NCBI GenBank assembly: GCA_001662655.1
Contig: KV460210.1
DNA: 64,000 bases
From: Pseudogymnoascus verrucosus
Lineage: Eukaryota
Reading direction: 5' to 3' (one strand)
Each line of letters starts with the position of its first letter. Position 1 is the stretch's first letter. The notes beneath the pieces are model-generated. The model saw nothing but the letters and a program-made list of their open reading frames with translations, was not told where the DNA came from and did not search any database. Positions 35,713-48,768 of this stretch are shown here, in pieces. The position numbers and the translations under genes were made by a program.

Positions 35713-36846
35713 ATGCTACTCCCAGTGTTACGGAGACCGTCCATCTATCGTACAGCTCGAGTATTCTCCAATAATGTAAGTTATGACTGTGACTCTCTTC
35801 AGATCCACGAAGTAAGCTTACGCCCATACAAGTCTCCGCATAAACGCGCCATGCATATCAAGTCAATTCCAATGTGTAAGACTCCAGACACTGTCCAATG
35901 TTCCATATCCGTAGAATACGGTCTGATAAGATGTAGCGTGGGGAAAGGGCGACAACTATGCATACCTTGTTATCGACGAGAAAACCAAAGACGCTGTCAT
36001 TATTGACCCCGCATACACCGAGGAGTAAGCCGACAGCTTCCCAATCTTTCTATGGTGGTAGTACTGACTCCAATATTACAGCGTAATCCCTACTTTGAGC
36101 CCTCTTGTGAAGTCCGGGGAGATAAACCTCACTGCAATCATCAACACCCACCAGTAAGTGCCCACCATCACCTCGGCCAGCTCACACCATTCTAACACCA
36201 GCGTCCAGCCACCACGACCACGCCGGGGGAAACCGCAAGATCGTACGCTCTCCCCCTCCCATCTTTCCACAGTATATACTGACTCCGGCTCCAGCTTGCA
36301 GAATACGCCGACAAGAAGCTCCCCGTAATAGGCGGCAAAGACTCCGACGCCGTCACCACAACCCCCGCCCACAACACCGGTTTCTCCTTCGGCTCCATCG
36401 TTGTCAAGGCCCTCCACACGCCCTGCCACACGCAAGACAGCATCTGCTGGTTCATGCAAGACGGGGATCAGAAAGTCGTCTTCACTGGAGACACACTATT
36501 CCACGGCGGATGCGGGCGGTTCTTCGAAGGGTCGGCGGAGGAGATGGACAAGGCGCTGAATAAGACCCTTGGCTCGCTGCCGGATGATACGACGGTGTAC
36601 CCAGGGCACGAGTATACCAAGGCCAATGCGAAGTTTGGGGAGAGCGTTAGTAAGAGTGAGGGCGTGGCGGAGCTGGTGAAGTTTGCGGGGGCGAATAGGC
36701 AGACGACGGGGAGGTGGACGATTGCGGATGAGAAGAAGCATAATGTGTTTATGATGCTGGGGGATGCGGAGATCCAGAAGGCGACGGGGCAGACGGAGCC
36801 GGTTAAGGTGATGGAGAGGTTGAGGGAGATGAAGAATAATTTCTAG
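35713..36846 (+). CDS. GLO2: Hydroxyacylglutathione hydrolase (glyoxalase II)
   Basis: Core starts MHIKSIPM at ATG 35851. Spliced motifs DNYAYLV, THHHHDHAGGN, HTPCHTQDS, FTGDTLF and YPGHEYT. An in-frame upstream ATG at 35713 adds a presequence-like extension. Confidence 0.93.
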
Positions 36847-37276
36847 GAATAGATAATTGATTCTATGTTTTATCTGGTGTGTTTTGATGCTTATCTGAAG
36901 CAAGAATGTTTCGAAATTTTTACAGGCTGAAGCTATTATAGGAATGTAATTTCTGCCAGATTACCCCAAGTGAGAGGAATTATATTGTACAGAGTTGTTG
37001 GCATGTGCCATTCAGAAACTTCATTCCATCAGATAATATATTACAAATATTAATTATATTTTGTGTATTTTATAACCCTCCATACTTCCTCGATATTTCC
37101 GCAAAGACATAATAAATACTTATTAACTATTCCGATATTTTATTCACCTTTACATATAAGAAAACATATTCTAAATTTCTATTACGCTACTCATAAAACC
37201 CAAAGCGCTTCAACACAAACCACCCCCCAATATTTTCCATATCCCCCATATATACCCACCCCCCAAGTCTCCATCC

Positions 37277-39301
37277 TCACTTCTTATCAAGTGAGGAAGG
37301 TTTCTTATCAAACGCCTTCTGCCTCGTCCTCGTATTCCACCCCAACTTCGCCCTAATACTATTAATCCAATCCTCGCTCCTCCTTCCACTGGGCATCACA
37401 TTCGCAAACGGATACCGACTCGCACTAACCGTCACATAATCCCCCGCCCTCAGCTCCACCCTCTCTCTGCCATCAAAGCTCGCCCAGCTCGTCGTCCGCG
37501 CATCAAACGGCACACCGACGCGCAGCACGATCGTGTCTGGGAGGATAATGGGCCGGAAGGAGAGCGTGTGCGCGCAGATGGCGGTGAGGAGGATGACGGG
37601 GTTTTCGGGGTGGCAGAGGGAACCGCCGGCGGCGAGGTTGTAGGCTGTGCTGCCGGTGGGGGTCGCGACGCAGACGCCGTCGGCTTGGATGGAGGTTAGG
37701 TGCTCGTCGTCGCCGAAGAGCTCGACGGAGGACATGGCTGCGGTGGGGGTTAGCGAGGCTGGTTGGGAGGGAAAAGGGGGAGGGGGGAGGCTTACTTGGG
37801 TTGGGACCGCGGTCGACGACGATGTCGTTGAGGATCTCGTAGGTACCATCTGGTCTGTGTGTCCTCTCATCATCCTTCTCCTCGCCAACTAACTCCTCTA
37901 CGAGGTCGCGATGGGATAAATCCTCATCCCAATCCTCGTCTGCAGCTACGACTTCGGTCGTGTCGTCGCCATCATGTTGAATTAACCTCTTCTTCCGCTT
38001 CTGGCATCTCATGACTGTGACCTCGAACCGTAGCCGGAGCGACACTTTGATGCCATCTCTGAATGCCGTAGTCAGCGTCCCCTGGAAATCATCGAAGTCA
38101 AACTTCGTCAGGAACCCTAAGCTGCCGAGTGCAAAACTCAGGACCGGCGGGACGATGCGCTGGAACAGCCAGCTCGCGTATAAGACTGTACCGTCCCCTC
38201 CAAGCGTGACGATGAAGTCGAACGTCTGCGGCCTCGACCGACACATCTCTTCAGTCCAGTACCTCAACCGGCTCGGCTTTGGTGCCGTCTTTCCATCCGC
38301 CTCATTCAGCTCCTCTCCCAGTGTATCCGCCCCAAAATTCTTATTCCCCTTCAAAAGATCCTCAACATACACTACATACTCGACCCCCCTATCCTTACTC
38401 AACAACCACTTCGCTACCTCCCTCGTATTCCCAACCAACGACTCATCATGCGCCTTCGTAAGAATAAACACATTCTTCACCTTAAGCTTGAGATTCACGC
38501 TCCCAAGCCTCTTACTCAGCTCTCGCACGCCCCACGCCATATCACTCAACTGCTTCTTCGTCAATAACCGCGAATGCGACACCGCATCCGCCGACACATC
38601 TACCGCTTTGGTATCTGCCCTTTTCGCATCTACTGCTATGTTCTCGCATACAGAAGGCCGTGATTGCGTCGTCTTCCAGAGCTGCTCGTCCGGCTGGCCG
38701 GGGGTTTGCGTCCCTGGCGGCGGCGAGGCAGTCGGAGGTGTCGGACTTGGCTCGTGTAGTTCGACTTGAGGGGGAACAAGCTTGGGCTCGACTACCTCCT
38801 CGTCGCCCTCCTGTTTGGGCTCATGTGGCTGATTGGGAGGCGTGGTTTCAGCAATGCCGTCCAGATGTCTGTTGTGGTGGTGCTCATCGTCGTGTTGGTC
38901 GTCGAGGAGGGCGTGCACGAAGCAGGCGGTGCGCCTGTAGAGTTGGGGGTCGCTGGCGACGAGGGAGGATTTGCGGCGGTGCATGTTCTCTCCATTGAAG
39001 ACTACCTGTTGCGGATTTCTTGTTAGAATTGATGCGCCTGTCAATGGGGCCGGGAGGGGAGGTTGCGAACCTCAAGTGGGTGCTGGGAGTCGTCATCACT
39101 GGAGTAGTGGAACTGTAGGCAGTGTTAGCTGGGCTGTTAATTGATAGGCAGCTCCGTACAGCAGGATATACTCCAAGCTGCAGGAGTATTGTCATAGCAG
39201 AACAGAGACGAGCTCACCTCCTCGCTGTGCGCTGGATGTAAATGCCCGGCATCCTTGGCTCGCCCTCGGGCATCGCGATGAGGGATCTTAGCGTTTGACA
39301 T
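37277..39301 (-). CDS. ATP-NAD kinase (Utr1/Yef1-like)
   Basis: Introns at about 39217-39113, 39071-39006 and 37795-37738. Motifs TLGGDGTVL, LGSLGFLT, LNDIVVDRGP, QADGVCVATPTGSTAYNLAAGGS and FDGRER. Confidence 0.93.
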
Positions 39302-42300
39302 GATGGCTACGGGCAGCACGCGCACATCCTGTAATGGGACAATTGGGGATTCGAGGGCAGTTGCTCGTTCAGCTCGTTTTTGCTCGTATAATTGCTGATA
39401 TATATGTTGCGCTTTGATGACGCAGCACCCGGCACTGAAGGGAAAGCCTTGCACTGATATCCCACGCTTTCATCTTAGCGAGTCCGGTTGGTCAGGGAGG
39501 AGTAACGGAAGCAGGAATGGGCATTCTTGAAGCTATCTACAAGTCACTAGACATACAAAGGGAGTTCACACACTGAGTTTACCTCACTCACATACTCCCA
39601 GATCTTGAAGCTTCAAGATTCAATATCAGATCGTCGAGTGGCATTCGAGGTGTCCCAAGCCACTAGCCAATAGCGAGGCCACAACCCGCGAGGCTGAGAA
39701 CCGGAGAGCTCCCCTCCCGATAAACGACAAACGACCCCGCCATAGCGATAAAGCCACGCCAAAGCCACACAAGAAGCAACCAAAGCCACAACCACGTCAG
39801 TTGTTGGACAAATGCGGCAGTTCACAACGAAGACACCCTTTCTGTTCCCTTTGTCTTCCGCTTCCGAGACCGGTCGATCGTCAAATACGAGAACCAGAAC
39901 CAGACGACGCGTACTATAGGCAATACCAAGAAAAGCCTCGTCCAGTCTCTCTGTCGCTGACTCGCACAAGCCAAACACGAAACTGCCGGTCTTTTGTCTG
40001 GCTGGTCTGGACGGGTGATGCACATTGCACATTGCACATCGAATATTACAAGGGAGGGACGAGGGAAGCGGTGATGAGCGCCGAGGTGACACGCAGCTTT
40101 CTGAGCCTGCTGCTCATGATCGGGTTGGATCAGGGGCCCTTCCTTCCCTACCTCCTCCGTCGTGGCTTCACACCATCATAAATGCAAATGAGCACATTTT
40201 TATATGAGTACAGTCTTACCCTCTTGGCCGTATTGCCCGGTACGAGGGTGAAAGGAGGGAGGAGGGAGGGCGGAAGGAAGGACCGCGATACTCGCCCTGT
40301 ACTGCTACTCTCCTCTCCTGTCTGACCTGTATAGTACTACAAGTACGAACAGCGGTAAGTTAAGTGACTGTACAGCATCATAGTGTCAAACAACGAACAG
40401 CGATCGCATGAATGGAGAGACGGACGGCACGGCCTGGCGTCGGTTCTTCCTTCAGCAACCTAGCGACCGGCGGTGTACAGGAAGGGAGGAGTGAGGTGTA
40501 ATAATAACTCCTGCGATATTTACGATGGACGTTTCATGCCCAGCACCACACAAGCAGCAGCAAGCAAGGGTGTTGTCCATTCCTTCTGCACATCTGCGCC
40601 TCTGCACGACCTTGCACTACCCCTCGCTCCCCATTGAGGCAGCCGTGATAGTTCCGAGGGACCAGTCACGTGTATTGCCTCCATCCCCAGTCAAGCCCAG
40701 CCCCAGAAATGACAAAAGGGACAATTTACTCGCTCATTCTGGAACAACCTGTGCGGAAGCCCTACAACCTACAGATACCAGGGTGTGTGCTGGTCCTGGT
40801 CCTGGTCCAACAAAGAGGCTAAGTTCGAGAGCGTCAAGCAAGCAAAGGGCCAAAGGTGGGTTGCACGAGCAGTGGGGAACGTATTATACGGAGTAATGCA
40901 TGCATGCATCGTTGCATCTCCTTGCATGTTATAATATCCTTGGTCCTAAGCCTGCTGGCGCTGGCGCTGGTGCTGGCGTTGGCTCTGGCGCTCACACATT
41001 CCTCTCGCTCATCACAAGCCACCACAGGCAATAGCGCGTTGGGCGGCTGGGCAGTTTGTTTCGCTCGCTCGCTGGGCTGGTCGCTGGCTGGCTGGCTCGC
41101 TGGGCGGGCTGGCGGGCGGGCGCTCGCTCCAACCACCACCACCGCCGAGACCCGTGTCCTGAAGCGTACAGTAATCTCCATTTATGGCGATCGTGGCGCT
41201 CCCTGCATTTGTGAAAATGCTGTGCTCTAACTTTGGTCCAACCCGTAGCCCCTCCGCCAGCCCCAACAAGGCAAGTCCCAAGCGAAAAGAAAAGGAGCAG
41301 GGCGGGAAAAAAAAGAAAAGAAAAGAAAATAGAATCTCGGCGCCGCGCCGTTCACGAAATCTCGGGGTATGATGAAAATGACCTGCATGGTTTTTCTCCG
41401 GCTGGAGGTGAAGGTGGATGTGTGCAGGAAGCTCACCCCACATTCCAGACTCAGTAAACCTCGGTGTGGTATGGTTGTGGTTGGTGTAAGGTGTAAGGGG
41501 GGTTACGATACAACGGCAGAGTACATGTGGATATATCTGGATTCGTGGAGTAATTCCCATCTTCCGCAGGACGTAAGCACCACCAAACTGCATGACCACA
41601 CACACACACACGCATACACACAGACACACACGAAGGAATCCCAGCGCCAGCGGTTGCGCCACCCTGCCCTCCCCGAGAAACAAGTCAGATTGCACCGATG
41701 ATGCGGCCTGGTGCAGTCGTCAGCCCGCGTCCCCCCTCGAAAGAGGCGCAAACCGGATGAGTGGTCCTGGAGACCGTGCTTCTTTTTAGCCTCGATACAG
41801 CATCCTGCAGCAAAGTCGTGAACTGCGTACCTTAGCCAGCCACCAATTCATGTGTGCGGAACCGCGAGAGTCAGACAAAGCAGCATTTAGGCGGTCATGC
41901 AGGAGCGGCGCGACGCTTGATCGACAGCCCTTTCGCGACGCGATCGCCCAAACAGAGGGCAGAGATGCACAGAGTCACCGGCCGGGGCCTTGGTCAGTTT
42001 GGGACAGGCGGTGAGGGCCGCATTTTTGCCTTCCCACCTGAACATGGCTTACTGTGCTGCATCTGCTCGCAGGTACCAACACATACCATAGCGTGTGAGA
42101 TATGGGGACCCGCCAAGGCGACACCGTGGGGTGGTTTGACGGTAATCAGATCGGATGGCTCAGATGGCTCAGATGCCGCTGAAGCCGCCCCCAATGCAGA
42201 GAATTACTCAAAAGATAGAGATTACATTGAACCATGACGTGGACATACATGTGCGCCTCCACATGTCCGTCCTCTGCGCGCGTCGCCGTGATCTGCCGAT

Positions 42301-45300
42301 GCTATTTGATAAAGTGGTAATCTGTCAGATTGATTGCTGGCGCATCCAGCCGAACACGGAGCGTCCGGGGATTTGCAACGAGTTTATCTTATTCCTTGAC
42401 TCTGCACTACCACCACCACCAACACTACCTACCACTACTGTACTGTATACAGTACAGCACAACATCCATCATCTGTCGCTGGCACAACGCCGGCAAGGAC
42501 CGGCTTACACATGCACCATCACATCCCACAGCAACAGCAGCACGCACAGCAGGAGTGTGCCAGACTCTCCATCCCCATTCGCTTGCATCTCGCGACACCA
42601 ACGGCCAGAATGTGCGGCGCCGACACCTGAGCCATGCTCCGTGCGATGCTGGAAGCCGTGCTCCCCAGCCGTGCACCGTGGTATTGATACATTTGTGATA
42701 CGTCTTTTTAAATAGCCTTGCGCCCCTTCGGTGTCTTTTTTTTGATAAACGTTGTTTTTTTAGCGCCCAATAATGTTGAAACTACGGACTGTAGCCTGCG
42801 GAGCAAGGGCAAAGTCTAACTAACCACCTGGGTACTGTACGGTTTGTTGCACGACATGGGTCCCAGCTATTGAGACCCATGGACGTTTGAGTTGCTTGGC
42901 CAAAGCGGCCTATGGCAGTTGATTGAAAAGACCTTACCACAGGACAATAGGAATAAGACGGGATCCAACAGATGGAGAGGCCGAGGTGATGATTTGCTCT
43001 CCATAGTACGAGTATGATATGTATGATATGACAAGGCAGGTAAGCAGGGTATTATTGGGTTGCAAGCAGCGACCCATACATAGCCATGCGGCAACCCTTT
43101 GGCTGGGTTCGGGAACAACGATGACCAGCTCTCCCTTACTTTACAATTTACTCCACTATTCACATCCATCTGTACTGTACGGAGTACTGTTACCTCACAA
43201 CAACGCCGTCGGACCGCACTCCACCATTAGCCCCAGGGCCGCCCGATCCGCTAAGACAGGAAAGAACGGCGGGTGGAATGATGCTCAAATAATTAAGACC
43301 CGTTTCTGCCCTTCCGAGACTCAAATGCGCACACGACCAAGGTTCATGGTGTGATGAGCGGCAAATGGTATACGACCAGTACGAAGTTACAGTCAAACAA
43401 ACAAAAAAAACTTTGTCAAATATCCACCACGGTGCGGCTTTTCAATATGTCTAAGCAGCTGCTCGTTCGCATTCCTGCATTCATGCAGTAGCAGCTCCGT
43501 CTAGCCATCACATGTGACGCGGGGAGATCCTCACAATAGAGTGAGTGTACTTTACTCTAACTCGCAGTTTCGCAGCGCAGCGCAGGTCCCTCTTGGCCTT
43601 TGAAACCCGCTTCCGAAGCGTCGCACGAAAACCTTCATGACGATCTCTCTCACGCCAACAAAAAATCCCAACAATGCCTGTCCCAGATGCCTGCTCAAGA
43701 TGCCTGTTCAAGGTTCGGTAAAAAAAGGCCTGTACATACCGTACCAAAATAACATCTCTCAATCCTGCCGTTTTTTTCTCCCCCACCCACCACCACCCCC
43801 TTGGCGAGTTCGGCGGGGGGGCCAACAAAAGACAGGGATCTTTCCTCGCCCTTTTTACCCAGAGGAACGCATTATCTCGATCATGTACGTATGCATGCAT
43901 GTATGTATGTATGCATGTATGCATGGTCCCCTTCATCGGCCTGCCCTCGCGCCCTTCCTTTCCAGGCCGTGCTTTATTTGAAGGGCACCGGTTGCCGCAA
44001 TGGGGTAAGCGGCGGCGGTTCGATGTGATGTGAGTGTTGGTGTCTGAGACCAGCCGTCGGCGATCGGCGGCACGAATTACCATTTCCGAACCAGGAGCTT
44101 AGCTTGAAGACAGGTTTCTGGCCAGCGAAGGGGAGGGTTGGGGCTAGAGTAGGTACGGTGCAGGTGTGCATCGTGGTTGCTTGCTGGATGAGTCGGATAT
44201 TGGCCGGGCGTGGTGATTGATTAACTTGGAACTTATGTGAAGACACCGGTGGTGCAGCGCACATCGAATAAGGCGGGCAGAGTGGCTCTAGAGGTGGTTC
44301 CACCGCGGATATTGAGAGACCTCCTACTACAAGACGCCAGTATCCGCTCGCTGATCTCACTCACCGGATACTTGGCACGGTGGAGAGTGATGCCCATTCC
44401 AGCCAGCTGGCAAGGGACCTGACTAACATCTCACTCACCCACCTCCTCACCCTCCTTACTCGAAAGAGGATTTCAAATCCAAAAATCCGTTTCAAAATAT
44501 TGGCATCGTGGCGAAACAAACTCACCCGCCTTCCTGCCTGCCCCAGTATGCAATGCAGCATCCCATCCCATCCATCCATCGTATGCAAGGTATCCATATC
44601 CATAGTAAATAAGTACCATGCACCACCCGCGTCTCCACCATCCACATGCTCAGCGGGGCTCGGTGGCGAAAAAAAAAGAGAGAACATAGGGAGAGAGCGA
44701 AACGAACGCACAATGCCATTTTATGTCAAAGCGCCATTTCGGCGGAGAGGGGCAAAGAGGGGGAGATGGAGGAGTGGAGTGATGGAGCAAAGGCACATTC
44801 CTTTAGTCCTTTAGCTGGAGGGCGCTAGAATGTACACGCCACCATGTGGGCGGGCCTCTCCCACGTCCTTGCCGCCGTGCTGGGCTCAAGGTGTGGGGAC
44901 CACCGTGGTGCTGGTCGCCGGTTAGGAGACGGGAGTTTCCAATTGTGGAGATCGGCGGGTGGTAAGGGAGGGCGGTAGGGGGGGTGGGTTGTATGTGTGT
45001 ATGTAAGTCAGGAGGAGGAGGAGGAGCGAGACAGGAGGGGAAGGCGGGCTCTCCGGCTGGTCATCACTGGAGAGGAGGAAGGGTGTTGTGTGGTTTGGTT
45101 TGGTTTACATGCATCATATTCCCCATTCCGCATCTCTTGTTGTTGCTCGGGTTGGTTATGGATTGATGGGTGCGACCGACGACGGAGGGACGGGCTGTGC
45201 GAGGATGGATGACTACACGATTACTATAGTTATACTGCACTATATTCCCCCCAAAACCTACCAAGCCGTGCGTGCGTGCTGGTCAGGGGAGGGGATCCCT

Positions 45301-48300
45301 CCGTTGGCAAGATGGACAGCTGCATGGGTGGTGACGCCGCGAAAGCAGCGACAAGCACCGACCTTGCCTGGTGGTCCGTTTCGGCGAGAAGGAGAACTGA
45401 CCGAGATGACGTCCGAGACGTCGCCCTCCTGCGGTTTGCGGCCTTACTCTACAGTACAACACCTAACTCTTGAGTTTTGGGCGCCGCGGGCAGCAGTGAG
45501 CAGATTGATGGACAGCGTTAGTGAGTGACTCGGTGGCTTTTTCGTTAAAGCCAAGGCAAAGCGGCAAATGCCCTTTTCCCCATCTCCATCCATCTCCGGT
45601 ATCCGAGACTCCAGTATTGTACATAACCAAAGCCGCCTTTCGTGGTGGATATCCGCCTGCCTGCCCCAGAGCGAAGAAAAATGAGGCTTCGATCCGCGCC
45701 CCTCCGTCCGCTACGGGAATGACGGCGTTGTATGAGCGGAGCTCTCTACGGTGGGAGGAAATACACCGATGCGATTCGTCGCACCACCATCCGTTTCTAC
45801 GTCGGTCGACTTCCGTGAATTACACCTAACCACTTGCCCAGCCACCTAATCCAAGCCACTCAAGCCACCTATGTATCCGCTCCTTGGTCCAAGGGTCCGT
45901 TTCCTTTAGTTTTGTGTGGTGGTGAGACTAAAATCGGCCTGTCGATCGATGGGATGGGTTGTTTGTAGGGGAGGGTCGCTAAATTGGGAAATGTCATCTT
46001 CAGCTAATGTACGAGGCCTCCTTCTTCGAAACGGACCATGCGCTGACGCGGGCTGGCGAGATGATGGATGGATGGATGGATGGATGAGGACCGATGTTGG
46101 GTAACCAAAGGGACAGACGGATAGACAGAGAGACAGGACCAAACTCTGTTGCTTGCGTGTCTCCTACCTCTGCCCTGCCTTGTCTTCTTGCCTCCCCTGC
46201 CTCCTGCCGTCAAGAGGGCGCGACGCCGGCCGGCCTTTACCCATCTCTAGCGCCTCCCCGTCCAACGACGGGTAATTACATACATGGCCCTACATACGGG
46301 ACGCCAGTTACAGTATGCTACCCTACTACGATACCCCAATACATCTCTCCTACCTTTCCACCGACGTGTAGCCGTTTCGCGGCCTGTGCTTCCCTTCCGG
46401 CTAGATCTGCGTGGTCACCGACAGATCCCACGCCCAGCCGCGTACGGATATCTATCTAGGGATGGATGGATGGATGGATGGTACGAGAGATGTACAGGAG
46501 GAGCATGGGTCATGTCGCATCGTGGATGTATGGATGATGGAGCTGCGACTTGATTACCATACCATGACTCTCTCCCTACCAAGAGGCTGATCAGCGACGT
46601 CGCGCGGAGGCACTGCAGAAGGCGCGACGTACGTGCATGTACGAATTGGATGGCAGCGTGCACACTGCCGAAGTAGGGGCTTGCTTGCTTGCTTCACCGA
46701 GCATGGGGGTTTGGTTTGGCTGGCTTGGCTGGCTTGCAGATTACACCGAAGCCCAGCCATGTGTGCGAGGGGCAACCAAGGCTACTCACGCTCTCGAGAC
46801 GAGGTGGCCTGAAGCATTGGGTGAGGCGCTGAAGAGTACGTGCGAGGTATGGATGGACGATGCATGGTTAGTAAGTAACCACACATCAATCACATACATA
46901 CTAGCTGTACGAAGGCGCACGCATGAGATTCGTTGCGCACCACCACCTTGCACCAGCCAGGCCGATCACGCCTGGAACCCTGCCCATCCATCGCGCCTCT
47001 GCGGTCTGCTGTTGGTTCGTGAGTGTTATATTGGGAGTAGTAGCGTGTGTGTGATGCTGGTGGTGGTGGTAGTTCGATGACGGCTGAGATCCGAAAAGTA
47101 CACATGTAACCTCCGCTCGTTGTGGAGCAGGGGGTGGGGATCAGCATTTTGCGTTTTGTGCACCATCTATCTATCCGCAAATGAAAGAGGGAATTGGTGG
47201 ATGGGGGGGATGCGAAATGTTCGAGAACTACTAACCAGGGATGAGAACCCGCTTCAGCGCCCAGCGGTTTTTCTTTGGGGGGCTGGGCGGTAAGGGGAGC
47301 GTGGGTGGTGGTTGACTCTACACGCCACGTACAAGTATTGTCGTAGAGTTTGTGTGCTAACTGACTTACTAACTCTGTGCAGTTCCCTCACGAAAGCCTT
47401 TTGGCCCGCCCGGTATGGCCACCCACTAGTACGTACTTCAACCTTAGAGCTAAGCATCTCACTCTCGCCCCCCATACCATGCCGATATCGAATTACCAGA
47501 ACTGGTAACTGGCAAGTTCCATCCATCTCATGATTTGTTTGCCGTTGCTGCATGCCGTGGTGTGTTGCTGCCCCCCCATCCAGATCCAGGCAAAAAATCC
47601 TATAATCGACGACTCATGTCATACGAACGACGACGCCGACACGGCCCCATGGGTCTGGGACTGCAGATGGGGGGCTTCGGGGTCGGGTTTGCTGGTGATG
47701 TCTCGGGGGGAGGGGGGAGGTGCGAGGTGACAGTGGCAGGTGCGTCGGTGGAGGTGAGGTGTCTTAGATGATGATGCACGGATATCTAACTGTGGTGGTG
47801 GTGGAAATGGAGATGTGCAGCGGCGTGGGTGTACATCGGACGCCATACAATCTGCAGGCGGATGTTACGTACCAGGGCTGTTGGTTAACGATATTAGGAG
47901 TCTATTGGTGATGAGGGCGTCGTCGTCCGTCGTTCGTCTGGGGCTGCCCTGGTTGCCTGGCTGGCTAGGTCGGGGTTCGGTCAGTTCACCGAGGACTGGG
48001 CGGGCTTGGGCTTGGCTGCTTGCTTGCTTTTACGATACTACGACGACGGACCTTCCTATGATGATGCTAGAGGAGGAGATCCCCGTTCCCTCGTGAGACA
48101 CAAAAATCCCCATCCCCATCACGCATACCTCACCTCGCATCCCGAGTACGCGCCGCGGCCGTACCACAGTCTAATTCGGGTACTTGTTGTGTACCTCCCT
48201 GTCGCTGAGGTCGCCACCCCCACTCCGTCATCTCCGCCCCCTTTTGGTGACTGTCTCGCGGGTTTGAAGCAGGAGCAGGGTGTACTGGGGATGTAGTATT

Positions 48301-48706
48301 GGAGTTGCCCCTGTGGTAGTGAGTGTGCTCCGCGACTTGGGGGGGAGTACTGGGGGGGGGAGATGGAGGTATTAGGTGTGGATGGATGGATGTGGGTGTG
48401 CCACTTTGAACCATGGGTGGGCACGGTATGTACCCGCGGGCGGGCACGCACGCACACTGGATTTGTGTATGGGAGAGTGGGGGGGTACATCATACTGTGG
48501 CCTGCATATAGGAGAGTGCACAGGCCTTGTCTTGTCGACTGTCGACTGACGGAGGAAGACCTCCTTGGCTTGGTTGGTGTATGGATGGACAGGAATAGGA
48601 TTGGGATCGGGGGGAGTGAGACATGGGAGGTACGTGAGGATGCGGTTGAGGTGCATATGCGATGTGCGTACCCCTTATGTAGTACATTGGGATGGATGGG
48701 GTGAGA

Positions 48707-48768
48707 AGGCCGCGGCTGTTTGTGTGTTGATGGTATGAGGCCGCAGCTGCTTGTATGTTGATGGTATG
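48707..48768. repeat. 31-bp tandem duplication
   Basis: aggccgcggctgtttgtgtgttgatggtatg followed by aggccgcagctgcttgtatgttgatggtatg (3 differences). Confidence 0.85.

Noticed and set aside
37020..37260. AT-rich patches (also 26520-26780 and 13050-13140) as RIP-degraded transposons
   Set aside because: Too short, with no terminal repeats or residual ORFs; consistent with terminator or promoter sequence.
37503..37795. Arg/Pro-rich C-terminus of the 513-aa NAD kinase ORF
   Set aside because: Artefact of reading through intron 37795-37738; splicing restores the conserved DGVCVATPTGSTAY frame.
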